This document shows, in pieces, positions 11,680 through 22,984 of a stretch of 64,000 nucleotides of DNA. Source of the DNA: Amphiscolops sp. MND2022. Taxonomy: Eukaryota. Where the stretch lies: assembly GCA_964187785.1 (NCBI GenBank), contig OZ076413.1, positions 44,952,001 to 45,016,000 on the forward strand. The letters run 5' to 3'. Below the pieces are notes generated by a model that did no database searches, was not told where the DNA came from, and saw only the letters and a list, made by a program, of their open reading frames with translations. The position numbers and the translations under genes were made by a program. Every line of letters begins with the position of its first letter. Positions within the stretch are counted from its first letter, which is position 1.

Positions 11680-11895
11680 TTTTAGGTCTTTTGAGAGTGC
11701 ATTTGAAATTATATTAGAAAGGGTAGCTCATTAGACTTATTCATGGTTTAGAATAGAAATTGTTTGAATCCCATCTGAGGTCTCTGAGTTTTAGTCCTTT
11801 GAAATTGCATTTGAAACTTTTCAGAATGGGTAACTCAACAGACTTATTCATTGTTTGAAATATAAGTTATATGGATCTCATCTGAGTGTCTGAGA
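11680..11895 (+). repeat. Diverged tandem duplication, two ~107-bp units downstream of the JmjC gene
   Basis: ttttag.tc.tttga.a.tgcatttgaaa..gggta.ctca..agacttattcat..catctgag..tctgag occurs twice. Confidence 0.75.
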
Positions 11896-12280
11896 TGAAA
11901 ATTTACCGAATTAGATTACGATGTCATTTTTTTTTGCTGAGAGCTGAAATAACTTGAAAACCCATTTTTATTAATGTGAGCGTTTGTTTTAGACCTAAAG
12001 GTACGAATTTTTGTTGGTTTTGTTTCAATCTTAGTTTCGATCGCAGATTTATAATCACGACATTTTGCACGGAGGAAGTGTAATCTGGCACAAGGATAAC
12101 TGATCGAACACTGGTAACCTGGCATGAAAATGACCTAATAATTTTTTTGAACCCGTCTTTAAAAAACTTTCATTTGCACATCATCGAACCTTTTTGAGGG
12201 CAAAAAACGCATTTCTGCAAAAATTGGATTTTTATATTCATTGAAAATTTTTTTATAGGGATGGACATATTACCGACCAA

Positions 12281-12349
12281 GTTACCCTCCTGGTTTGGTA
12301 ACTTGGTTTTCAGTAATTCGGGTGTCTATGGTAAAGTGGTCCTGATATT

Positions 12350-12350
<1 letters not shown>
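12281..12350. mobile_element. One arm of the same MITE family as 9771-9986, truncated at the (AAT)n tract
   Basis: Near-identical to 9771-9840. Confidence 0.75.
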
Positions 12351-12423
<73 letters not shown>

Positions 12424-12431
12424 TAATAATA
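12351..12431. repeat. (AAT)n microsatellite
   Basis: Direct inspection. Confidence 0.97.
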
Positions 12432-12870
12432 AAAAAGCTCCTAGCTCGTTGATCGTCGTGCGAACAACAGATCATTGTACAGAGACGCGTGATGCAATTT
12501 TCACTGCTCTCGCAAAAAGAACCCTGTACTTCCATGTCCACCGGTTGAAAAATGTATCCATTGTCTTTTAATTCGCGATACTTCTCAATTTTACGCGCTT
12601 CAGCCTCGGTGGCGGTGGTTCCCGTGTTGCATAAGGAGCTTTGATACAAGCGACTGGGTGCAAGAGCATTCACAACCGTGACATCCCACACCAACTGTTC
12701 ATCCATTTCCCAAGGAATCATGTTAAAACCGTGTGGGCGTTTGCCATCAGTTCGCTACAGTTCACGCGTCTCGAGCATTGAAGGGAGGTCGAGAGATCCC
12801 AACGTCTGCTTTATGAGACAATTCAGTAGCATGACCTGAGAAGTGACTCGCACTTTTGGTGCAATTAATT
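12432..12870 (-). mobile_element. Fragment of an RLE-type (restriction-like endonuclease, CRE-like) non-LTR retrotransposon
   Basis: GKRPHG..IPWE..LVWDVTVVNALAPS..AEARKIEKY..FQPVDMEVQG follows the RPDG..WDVT..K..KY..P...E..G RLE pattern; truncated. Confidence 0.75.
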
Positions 12871-13129
12871 TTCTAAAGAAACACAATTTACGGTGTTCAC
12901 ACAAATCACCAAAAGGGATACTCTTTAAGTATTGTCACGACAAGATGCGCCTCTAACATAGGAGCACTAGACAAAAGCAACGATTCACTGGTGAGATCAG
13001 TTCTGACAATTATTTTTTGGCTCTCCAATAATTGAAAATTTTGTGGAAAGGTGAACAAATGTGTAAATTAAAAGCTTTTCGATCCTGATAGTTCATCATC
13101 AGTAATCTAGAAGAGCACCATAAAAGATT

Positions 13130-13670
13130 TAGGTCCAGTTTGTAAAATACCAGGTGGGTTAGTTTGCACACTTTTTTCTACAAACTGGATCATTAAATTC
13201 TACAAACTGCACATCCGCACACAAGATCCTGAGAACTAAAGATTCACCGCCTAAGATCTAAAGGAATAAGAATTAAAAACTGAAAAGTTTTATGCGGGTG
13301 TATGCACGCTGTATATGGGGTATATGCTGTGTATGCACGATCGCCCTCGTCATCGCAAAGACCAGCTCCCACTACGATCGCTTCGCGATCTCCGTTCCCG
13401 CTAGGTCTTTGCCCCTGTTCGACCTCGCTTAGCAAGATGGGAACATATCCGAGGCACGTATTATATTTTGGATCATTCCTACATTATTTGTCTGATTGGT
13501 TTTCTTCTAGAATTAATGATTCATAACCTCGATTTTACAAGTTGTTTCTCTACAAACTGGTCGAAAAAATAACACCATGGGCCAGTTTGTAGAAAAAATT
13601 CTACAAACTGGACCTCACTTTTCTACAAACTGGATTCTACAAAGTGGTTTTCTTTAAACTGGTTCCATAC
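13130..13670. mobile_element. MITE-like element with ctacaaactgg/ccagtttgtag repeats, containing a nested copy of the 1-130 repeat family (~13298-13458)
   Basis: About 8 copies of ctacaaactgg in both orientations flank the nested repeat. Confidence 0.6.
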
Positions 13671-13959
13671 ACCAAATAGTATTTTAAAACCTTAGGAATG
13701 AAAAATGAAATTATCAAAGCTTATTAAATGGCAAGTACTGTCAAACAGAAATCAATTAGCAGAAATAGCGTCCATTGAAAAACAGAGCTGAGTGCGTGTT
13801 GCCAAAACTTCTCTCCCGTGTTGATGGAAAGGTTTCTGCGTTTGATGAAAACTGCCTCCAATGCCAAGAGGTGTCTGTTGTTTGGTATTGTCCCAAGTAT
13901 CTCCTCGTTGTCACGAGTAGTATATGTGCGAGCTGATCAGGTGGGGGGGGGGTTCAAGA

Positions 13960-14660
13960 CCCTCCATGTTTTAAGATAGGCTATAGCCGTTCGGCTCGAG
14001 CCGAGAGCCGAGAAGGGTCTTGAACCCCTGGATTTGCTTAGACAGTCTCGAGTTGTGTAGTCGGGCTCGATTCTGATTGGTTGACGACTCGAGTCGTGCT
14101 GCCGACTCGGGTCATGCTCAATTCTGATTGGCTGACGACTTGATTCGATGTATAAAGGTATGGAGCCGAGTGATTGTCAATGTATAAAGATGTGCTCAAT
14201 GTATAAAGATAGGGAATAGCTTCGGCAATGTTTTAAGATAGGGTATAGGGTTTTTCGGCACTGTGCGACATTTTCGGCACTGTGAGACTTTGGGTAAAAA
14301 TTGATTTTTTGGCTGGACCCGGCCGCCGGCGGGAAAAATTTTACCCGCCCCCGCAATATTTTATCCGCCTGCGGAATATTTTATCCTCCACCGGAATAAT
14401 TTATCCGCAATTCCGACTGGCATTTCATGCTCAATTCTGATTGGCAGACGACTCGTCTCAATGTATAAAGGTATGGAAACGAGTGTCTGCTGATATATCA
14501 AGATAAGCTATAGCTCCGTCAAAGTATAAAGATAGGGAAAAGTGACAAGTAATAAAAACAGCTAATAAGGTCAGCAATGTAATAAGATTGGTAATAGGGT
14601 TTTTCGGCATAGTGGAACATTTTTCGGCACTGTGAGACTTTGGGTAAAATGCAATTTTGT
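13960..14660. repeat. Complex array of short direct repeats rich in CCAAT-like boxes
   Basis: attctgattgg.tgacgact x3, tgtataaag x5, aagatagg x4, ttttcggcactgtgagactttgggtaaaa x2. Confidence 0.75.
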
Positions 14661-16454
14661 GAGCGCCAGGGGAATGTTTCCACCCACATTTGCAAATGTT
14701 GATCAAAATACGGAAGGTTTTTTCCGCCAGTGGGAAATTTTATCAACAGAATATGTTGAGCTAGATACTTGACTGCTCTGTGGTGATAAAAAAAATCTTT
14801 AATTGGAAAAAATTGCAATTATACTGTAAAAATGTATAAATTCCACTGCTATAAAACGTAAAGAAATGTTGAATGTTGATCAGACGAGAGTGACGTTCAT
14901 TTTTTAAACAAAACATTGTGGTGGGGGTAAATGTAGAAAAGGACTCTTGTCTGTTCGTACACACCCATAATGCCAGGAATGGAATAAAACACTGACGTCA
15001 CGTCACTTTCTCTTGCAAAATTTTTCCATAATTGGAAATTGGGCAACCACCGCAGCTTTCAGTTAATCTCTTATTCAATTATTTGCTGCAAAAATTGAAA
15101 TGAGTGAATGAGAATTATAAAAACACGTCTTGCAGCACCCACACAACAATTCCGTGCAGCGAAATTCTGCCTTGCAGAGACTAGGTTCGAGCTTGTTATG
15201 CTTCTTTTATTTCGCTCAGCAAGTACGGAGAGAAATAGACAGTAGGCATTTGTCATAAAATCGTCCTAACAATGGAAATATTCACAGGGTTAACCACTGT
15301 TCTTTCATTTGGGATCATGCCCAATCACACAATTCTCTCTCGGTTTAGGCAATATATAGTGAGTTGGTGTCCGTTTCAGTCATTTCTTTAACATAAAAAC
15401 ACCACAATAGTTGACAGAAATGTAGAAATAGTTCTCAATTCAGCATACTGCAGGTGTTCGCAGTGTTAACTCTTGTACAGTCGCACACTGAAAAACATTC
15501 AGTCACTTGCCTGTTCCCATCCATAATTTTTTAATGTACGATCTGTTGGCCAGCAAGATTGTTGTCTCAGCTACAACACTCTAGTCTGTAGTCGCATCGA
15601 TTTTTCTTTTCTCGTCAGTCACCGACTCCAAAACGCCGTACAAAGAAGTCAATTATAAAATATTGAACAAGTCGTTCTTTAACAGTAACATACAAAACCC
15701 AAGCTCCAACAAAAGTGTTTTAGGATGCGTCAACTGAGTATTAAAGAGTGACTGACAACAACCAAAATCCTGATTCCAGTCTAACAAACTAGTAAAGTGT
15801 ACGCTTTGCGATGACAAATACCATAGCGCAGTGCAAGTAACAAGGTTCGTGAGAGACTGGGGTGGTGAAAAATAATCAGTGTATCTTCTTTGTCTCCTGG
15901 GGTGAAAACCTCATGATTGTGAGCAATTAGTCTGGTAACTTCACGGACAATAAGTGCCAAGCGGTACAACTTGCAATTTTTGTATAGTGTGGAAAAATGT
16001 GGTAGACGTAATTTGGTCTTGACACGTTCAAGTCTCCCGCCTGGAACGATTGTAAGGCATAGTGTGAAAACATGTTGTTTGAACACAGTAGTTGAATCTG
16101 GATTTCCAATTTCCCTCAGCTGATGCTGCAATTGGGTGATGTTTTCGTTTGTACAACGAATAAGGACGCTTTTAACCATAACCACTGAAATAAAGTGTAC
16201 ACAGTAAATTTTATGGATTTAAAGCCCAATTCTTGTTGACTCAAAACAGAATTATGCAATTGCATTTGTTGAAAGCATAAGTTGCACAACGTATTATTTC
16301 TTAAATATCAAAAAATGAAAAATGACACATATCGCAAAAAATCTGTATCGCTACGGAAGCAACTCGATTGTTAAGCTGTTAACAGAAAACAGAAAAAAAT
16401 GCCGGAACGTTCAGTCATCATTGTCAATTTACGTTTAATGGAAGGTATGTGTCA

Positions 16455-17170
16455 CTTTACCATAAAAGGGAGCGTAAACCTACCATAAAAGGAAAAAGTA
16501 ATTACGTACTAGAGTCAGCGTTGCCTCTAAAGTATATGACAATCAATTTATTTCTCTCTGAATGTTGATAATTTAAGATTGTGACGTTGAGAAATTGGGG
16601 CATTTAGAGCAAAATAATGTCCCAACGGAGCATCTCTTTTTGTCTACTGACAGGATTTGCTTAGATACTTTGGTACCACAATTGGCGCAGGCAATTTTTA
16701 GATTTCGATCAAGAGCCGGCGTTATAAGCAGCAAGTGTAACAAGACTCTATCTGAAAGCAAGCAAATAGAATTGTAACAAAAAATTGTAACAAGTTTTTA
16801 TCTGAGAACAAGCAACTAGATTGCAGAAAAGTGAAATGAATAATGAATTGAAAGTGGTTGAAAACTCTGTTTATGTAATTGTTCAACCATATACGGAAGA
16901 TATGAGTCATTGAACCATAAAAGGAATAGTTAGTCTAACATAAAAGGAAAAAGTAATTACGCACTAGCGTCAGTGTTCCCTCTCAAGTACCTGTCAATCA
17001 CTTTTAATCTCCCTGAAAGTTAATTGCTCAAGTGGACCAAGTTTCCCTCAGGGGACGCCATATTGTCTGAGAAAATCACTCAAGTGGAACAAATTCCCTC
17101 AAAAGGACGCCAATACGTCTGGGAAAACCTCTCAAGTGGAGTAATTATCCAACCATAAAAGATTAGTAGC
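16455..17170. repeat. Duplicated non-coding blocks upstream of the intronless ORF cassette
   Basis: ccataaaagg repeated; cataaaaggaaaaagtaattacg.actag.gtcag at 16484 and 16939; ctcaagtgga x3. Confidence 0.7.
16573..16720 (-). pseudogene. Truncated C2H2-like zinc-finger ORF fragment
   Basis: PALDRNLKIACANCGTKVSKQILSVDKKRCSVGTLFCSKCPNFSTSQS, two CxxC pairs, then a stop. Confidence 0.55.
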
Positions 17171-17385
17171 GTGGGTAGCTGACAGCTGGTTACCCTTTCA
17201 TCTTGCATTCCTTTAATTACTTTCCATAAATGGAAATAAACAACACTGTTAGCGTAGTGGTTAAAAGCAAAGTCACGTGCTGTTTATCGCATTGTCATAA
17301 TATTGCCGCGACGTAGGCCTTGCTTTTATCCATTACACTAAATTTCATTCTTCATTTCAATTTAAATTTTCTTTTAGAGCAGTTC

Positions 17386-18019
17386 ATGTCTGTTAAACAA
17401 CAACTTCCATCTCTATCTTTGCTGTATTCAATTTACGAAGACGTTCCAGAACAAACTTTGGACGAAGCTGACGTTGACTCGTACTTTTATCACAACATAT
17501 TGGACGTTATAAAGACGGACAATCGTCTCGTCCGAGTCAGCAAGTGGTTCAATAAAAATTTATTTGCAATCAAAGTCTTTAAATTTTGCGACTTGAAAGC
17601 TCAACAACGCTTTTTCCTTGACGAGGAAATTTCCGTCACGAATCACGCAAAAAGAGCTTGCTGCGACCCTCAACAGACTGCGTCACTTTTTTAAACAGTA
17701 CGACCACGCACGAAAGGCAACTCTATACCCCCTACCAAAACCGTTACAAGAGATTGGCTTTACGCTGTGGGAGGACGAACTCTTCTCACACTATTATCCA
17801 GATATAAAAGAGCATACTGATCGTCATTTGCGTTTGTCTTTCCGCTTTGAAAAAGACAAGAATTGTTGTTTTTCATTGAAAAAGTTTCTATATAGGGGAA
17901 ATCAGTTTGTATTGACAGAAATTGTCAACCTCAGTCACAACGAACTGTACGAACTGTATAAGGACAGCTACTTTATATCGAGCAAGAGCGGAATCATTGA
18001 AAGCAACTACGACGTCTAA
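17386..18019 (+). pseudogene. Intronless ORF with one frameshift, possibly tandem PC4-like ssDNA-binding domains
   Basis: ORFs 17320-17694 and 17618-18019 join if a ~7-nt duplication (gtcacgaatcacg, ~17635-17647) is removed; RLVRVSKWFNKNLFAIKVF..EEISVTQKEL and RHLRLSFRFEKDKNCCFSLKKF..IVNLSHNEL resemble the PC4 pattern by eye. Confidence 0.5.
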
Positions 18020-18384
18020 TGGAGCTCAACGCAGTTATAAATACAATCGGGGACGTTTACTGCCCTGAATGTGAGCTACAAAAATGCATATTCGAACATT
18101 ACTGCAAGGAGGATTCTGGAGAACATTATCATTACAGTTGTCCAAAGTGTGACGCTGATTGTCTTGTGCAGGGTATTCCTTTTAAGGATCAAACGCAGCA
18201 GGCAATCCTAAAAGATGCTGGTATACATTCATTCAGAGCCAAGACGACAAGGGATTACGAGCGAGAACAAAAAGAACGAGTCGAAAACGACAAGGGAATG
18301 GAATTTCTACGACAATTCCTGAGAAAAAAGCCAACCAATCAACGCACAGAAGAACCACCAGCAAAAAAGATCAAGTCCATGTAG
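18019..18384 (+). CDS. Small Cys-rich (zinc-ribbon) protein with basic C-terminal NLS-like tail
   Basis: CPEC..C..HYC..HYSCPKCDADC; PPAKKIKS; the start overlaps the upstream stop (TAATG). Confidence 0.6.
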   Translation: MELNAVINTIGDVYCPECELQKCIFEHYCKEDSGEHYHYSCPKCDADCLVQGIPFKDQTQQAILKDAGIHSFRAKTTRDYEREQKERVENDKGMEFLRQFLRKKPTNQRTEEPPAKKIKSM

Positions 18385-18511
18385 GGAAATGGACGTGTCA
18401 ACTTCCCATTGGCTGTTCAATATCCTTACAAAGTCATTTTTCAAGCAACTAGAATTCATTTCATTTCAAACTCAACTACAATCAAGACGCTCTACAACAA
18501 CAACAACAACA

Positions 18512-19090
18512 ATGTTCTTCTCAGTCTCCAACAACGGAACCCAGTGGACTCTGGACTTTTCACCGGACTCTGTAACAATCATAGTGAAAGATATGGTCCA
18601 AGACTTGACAATTTCCTCCTTGGAACTTCCAATCGCAGCCTTCAACTCTTTGATAAATCAAAGACAACAGTTTCTGGACAACCATTTAGCTCGCGTCCCC
18701 ATAACTCCCAATCAGCAAGGCACGTGGGAGATGCAAGACGAGGTCCGGGCCAGCGTTGGTGACCACGATGTAAGCAGCGATTTCGTTCCCAGTGACTTGG
18801 ATGATATTCAGTTCCATTGGGAGAATCCGAACATAGACATGGATGCTGTGTATCGACCAGGCATTGATACTCCCTTCTCTCCGTCACTGTTTGATAACAT
18901 TCCTGTTGCTGGAAGCGCAGACTACCCCATCGAGATTGACGATGAACAAGATAAAAAGAACGAGTACCCCACAACACCCGAGTCGCAGAGACCCCTGCAA
19001 CCACCACCGCTGCATAGATCCCTGAGCCGTCCATTTGGGACACGACTGGAAAATATACCAAACTCTGTGTATCGTAGTTTGTTTGAATAA
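18512..19090 (+). CDS. Hypothetical intronless protein (~192 aa), acidic/Pro-rich C-terminus
   Basis: Long open frame (18389-19090); likely start after the (caa)n leader at 18512. Confidence 0.55.
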   Translation: MFFSVSNNGTQWTLDFSPDSVTIIVKDMVQDLTISSLELPIAAFNSLINQRQQFLDNHLARVPITPNQQGTWEMQDEVRASVGDHDVSSDFVPSDLDDIQFHWENPNIDMDAVYRPGIDTPFSPSLFDNIPVAGSADYPIEIDDEQDKKNEYPTTPESQRPLQPPPLHRSLSRPFGTRLENIPNSVYRSLFE

Positions 19091-19157
19091 TTGTATTTAT
19101 TGTGTGTATTAAATTGAATTTTTATTATTCCCTAGATCCTTTTTCAAATCAGTCGTT

Positions 19158-19406
19158 ATGAGTGAGACTCTAGCAAAAGTATTAGTAGGAGCGTTTTTTA
19201 TTGTCATAACTACTAGCTTGTTTATATATCAAGTAAGGACTACAGAAAAAATGGGACGAAATCCTGATCCCTGCATTGAAGAGTACAAAGACTATTGTAT
19301 GAACGAAGGAGAATGTTTTAGTCATGTGGAAGAAAACATTATAGGTTGCCTTTGTCCGGCACTTTACGGAGGGAAACGCTGTGATAAGTTCTTGTGGTGG
19401 TATTAG
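19158..19406 (+). CDS. EGF/TGF-alpha-family growth-factor-like protein with N-terminal hydrophobic segment, intronless, 82 aa
   Basis: PCIEEYKDYCMNEGECFSHVEENIIGCLCPALYGGKRC has six-Cys EGF spacing with YxGxRC; VLVGAFFIVITTSLFIY is a signal/anchor. Confidence 0.85.
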   Translation: MSETLAKVLVGAFFIVITTSLFIYQVRTTEKMGRNPDPCIEEYKDYCMNEGECFSHVEENIIGCLCPALYGGKRCDKFLWWY

Positions 19407-19789
19407 GAAAGTTAGTCTTGTGCAAAACATTTCTCAATTAAAATCTGACACGTTACAAAAATTTCAAGTTAAAATCAGACGCGTTGTAAAAATTTAGCAA
19501 AAAAATACGACACGTTGTAAAATTTTCCCAAAAAAATACGACACGTTGTAAAAATTCTACTTTAAAATCAGACAAGAAGTAAAAACTTTTGCTTCAAAAT
19601 CTGTCTTTTTAAAACTGTATTGCAAGTGCAAAATTTGTCGTTTTTACGGAGTAAAATGGGTAAAAACTTGTCTTTTTTAAAAATAAAAACGCCTTCCAAA
19701 TGTGTCTTTTTAATTTTTTCATCTCGTGTAAAATGAAACACGTTGTAAACTTTTCCCAAAAAAATACGACACGTTGTAAAATCGACCAT

Positions 19790-19966
19790 CTAAAAACAAT
19801 CTACAATTTTTGACTTGTAGAGGTCGATAGGAAGTCTCAACATGACAATAAATAGACCAATGAGAGCAGCAATGGCAGCAACGGCTAGTAGGAACAACAA
19901 GAATGCTCCAATAGTATAAATCGTCCACTATACCAAGTCACAAAAGTCGTCGGAACACTTGCTCAT
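19790..19966 (-). pseudogene. Small transmembrane-protein ORF with one in-frame stop, in the spacer of the inverted repeat
   Basis: MSKCSDDFCDLV*WTIYTIGAFLLFLLAVAAIAALIGLFIVMLRLPIDLYKSKIVDCF. Confidence 0.45.
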
Positions 19967-20408
19967 TTTTGACTGAAATTAAAATGCACACTTTTACTAG
20001 TAAATTTTTGCAACGTGTCTTATTTTTTTGGAAAAATTTTACAACGTGTCGTATTTTTTTTGGGAAAAGTTTACAACGTGTTTCATCTTACACGAGATGA
20101 AAAAATTAAAAAGACACATTTGGAAGGCGTTTTTATTTTAAAAAGACAAGTTTTTACCCATTTTACTCCGTAAAAACGACAAATTTTGCACTTGCGATAC
20201 AGTTTTAAAAACAGATTTTGAAGCAAAAGTTTTTACTTCTTGTCTGATTTTAAAGTAGAATTTTTACAACGTGTCGTATTTTTTTGGGAAAATTTTAAAA
20301 CGTGTCGTTTTTTTTGCTAAATTTTTACAACGCGTCTGATTTTAACTTGAAATTTTTGCAACGTGTCAAGATTTTAATTGAGAAATGTTTTGCACAAGAC
20401 TAACTTTC

Positions 20409-20657
20409 CTAATACCACCACAAGAACTTATCACAGCGTTTCCCTCCGTAAAGTGGCGGACAAAGGCAACCTATAATGTTTTCTTCCACATGACTAAAAC
20501 ATTCTCCTTCGTTCATACAATAGTCTTTGTACTCTTCAATGCAGGGATCAGGATTTCGTCCCACTTTTTCTGTAGTCCTTACTTGATATATAAACAAGCT
20601 AGTAGTTATGACAATAAAAAACGCTCCTACTAATACTTTTGCTAGAGTCTCACTCAT
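20409..20657 (-). CDS. Second copy of the EGF-like gene (inverted)
   Basis: Identical to 19158-19406 except M->V (KMGR/KVGR) and A->P (PALY/PPLY). Confidence 0.82.
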   Translation of the reverse strand: MSETLAKVLVGAFFIVITTSLFIYQVRTTEKVGRNPDPCIEEYKDYCMNEGECFSHVEENIIGCLCPPLYGGKRCDKFLWWY

Positions 20658-20990
20658 AACGACTGATTTGAAAAAAGGATCTACTGTATCTCGAAGTAAA
20701 GGCAGCAGCAACTAAACATAGTGTTTTGCATTTCATTCTAGCACTTTCATGACAGGTGTTAGTAAAAAATATCTTTAGCGTAACTGTTCTTTTCAGTACT
20801 CTGTGACACTCCCCGTTTTAACATAACACCTGGGGTTTTCATTACATGTTATTAAATGGCATCAGACGGTTAATGTTATTTTATTTCAGATTGCATGACT
20901 GTGAAGTAATGTGATAATGTGATAAAGTATAAATGTGACGAATGTAATGTTTTTTCCGTTTCAGAGTTTCAGATGTTTCTGACTTCAGGT

Positions 20991-22327
20991 TCATTGGCTC
21001 TTTTGTCTTCTTCGTCGACTTTCATTACTACGTCGATTCCGTAGCGTTCTGTTGGCCGTCTCCGGCGGCTTTCTCTTTGTGGGGGGGGGGCATGACACAG
21101 AGGCCTTCACGGCCTTCTCTCCTTTTCCAGGGGCCTTGTTTTCAGCTGGGATCACCACTTCTTGATGACTTGGCATTTCTTGGGGAATTGCCGTTTCTTG
21201 GTGAATTGTCATTTCCTCGCCGTCTGTCTCATTGGTCTCAGGCCCCGACTCTCTCTCTTCTTCCGACTCCGCGGTGTCATCCATGTTCTCTGTTATTGTT
21301 GTATCTGTTGGAGTTGAGTTTGATTCCTCGTCTTTAGTTTCTTCTGAAACTACATGGGTTTCGTCTTCCGACGACTCATCTGTTACGCTCCATTTTGTGG
21401 ACAGTCCAGCTTGTTCATTTTTTGAATGTGCAGGTGTTTTCTTCTTTTGTGGTTTGGTTTTCGGCACATCCCGCTTTGAGTAGATGATCTCTCTTTTCCT
21501 ATCTTTAGGTAGGAACGTAATGGTGTGGGCAGTCTCTTTAACGATTTTTCCTGCTCGCTTCCTAAATTGGCCTTCCAATTTGGACCCTCGCGTCCTCTCC
21601 CTCACCATTATCGCCGAATCTACTTCCTCTTCGAAGTCTGATGTGGAGAACTTTAGGCCTGGATCTACTTCTGAAACATCTTTAATTTTATCTACTATGT
21701 TGCTTTTTATCGTATTCGGTTTTCGGCCGTACAAGTTTTCGAATGGCGATGTTCCGTCTGATTTTTCTCCCATTCTTAACGCGTATAAAACTTCCGATAA
21801 CCCCGATTTGTCTTTTTTCTTTTCAGTACTATGTTCTTATTCGTCCGTAGGCGTTCATTTATGGTTCGTATTAGTCGTTCGATTTTGCCATTTCCTCGGT
21901 GATCGCGCACTGGACAGGTTACGTGGTTTATTTGAAAATTTCGGCAGAATGTTTTGAATTCTTCGCTAGTAAATACTGTGCCCGGGTCTGATCTAATTTG
22001 CTTCGGGATACCGTATTGAGACATATAATTTTTTTAAAATTCGATTACTTTCTTAGTTGTCGGTTTGTGTAAAAATAGGGCGTCGGGCCACGCTGAAAAG
22101 TTATCTATGGCTACTAATAAATATTTCTTTCCGTGTTCGGCGTTCTGGAAGGGACCCGCAAAACCTAGTGCTATTTCATCATTCGCTTTTTCCGATTTTG
22201 ATATTTCTCCGAATTGTTTTTGTTTTAGCAAAGGTTCAACGTTTTTACCTGCGTTGTTGCACTGATCGCAGCATTTTGCTGTCGTGACGACTTCTCGATG
22301 GATTTTTGGCCACCAGATGTCAGAAAT
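20991..22327 (-). mobile_element. Decayed Ty3/Gypsy integrase region, cut by the assembly gap
   Basis: WWPKIHREV..CDQC, IALGFAGPF..YLLVAIDNFSAWP, YGIPKQIRSDPGTVF, GNGKIERLIRTI, SPFENLYGRKP; stops and frameshifts. Confidence 0.88.
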
Positions 22328-22527
22328 NNNNNNNNNNNNNNNNNNNNNNNNNNNNNNNNNNNNNNNNNNNNNNNNNNNNNNNNNNNNNNNNNNNNNNNNN
22401 NNNNNNNNNNNNNNNNNNNNNNNNNNNNNNNNNNNNNNNNNNNNNNNNNNNNNNNNNNNNNNNNNNNNNNNNNNNNNNNNNNNNNNNNNNNNNNNNNNNN
22501 NNNNNNNNNNNNNNNNNNNNNNNNNNN
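22328..22527. other. Assembly gap (200 N)
   Basis: Run of N. Confidence 1.
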
Positions 22528-22984
22528 ATTGCGACTTACAAAGACTTCCAAAACGGCATTTATATTATCCTGAATAGCGATGAAAACTCACCAACTGAGA
22601 TTGAGTTTAAGTGTGTCTTTTTGTTTAAGTTGCGACTTGACCTGCTGATCATTGCACTACAGCCCGATATTTGAGCAATGGGTCGAGATTTATGAACCAA
22701 GTTAGTGGTTGCTAGACTATTAGCACCGAAAAAGACCCTCCAAAGTAGAGAACGAAGACGGGGAGGACCTTCCTACACAGGCCATCGAACAACAATATCA
22801 GCCAGGCATTCGCTTTTGATTCTGTTTACGATATTCTGGAGAACTTTAGAAACCTCTTGTCCTTTGGATTTCTTAGAGTTGAGGGGCAAAAGTTTTTCCT
22901 GAGCAGGTGATTCAGTGATCTAGTTCCACGACACTTCAGAAACTGGCAAACTGATTTCAGACGGGTTACAAGTCCCTTAGTTTA

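Larger units (their letters stand above)
19133..20683. repeat. ~1.55-kb inverted repeat (arms ~19133-19782 and ~20037-20683) with ~30-bp acacgttgtaaaa repeats
   Basis: The arms are reverse complements with few substitutions; ~250-bp spacer. Confidence 0.92.

Noticed and set aside
12261..12452. Poly-Ile ORF
   Set aside because: Translation of the (AAT)n microsatellite and a MITE arm
14760..16200. Short ORFs including 15781-16185 (-), and similar ones at 24840-27700 and 55000-56200
   Set aside because: No recognisable motifs or consistent splice structure; may be old TE debris but cannot be supported by eye
19440..19782. CRISPR-like short repeats (also 60375-60875 and 63350-63500)
   Set aside because: No unique spacers of constant length, no cas genes, eukaryotic context
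22225..22674. ORFs containing long X runs
   Set aside because: Artefacts of the 200-N gap
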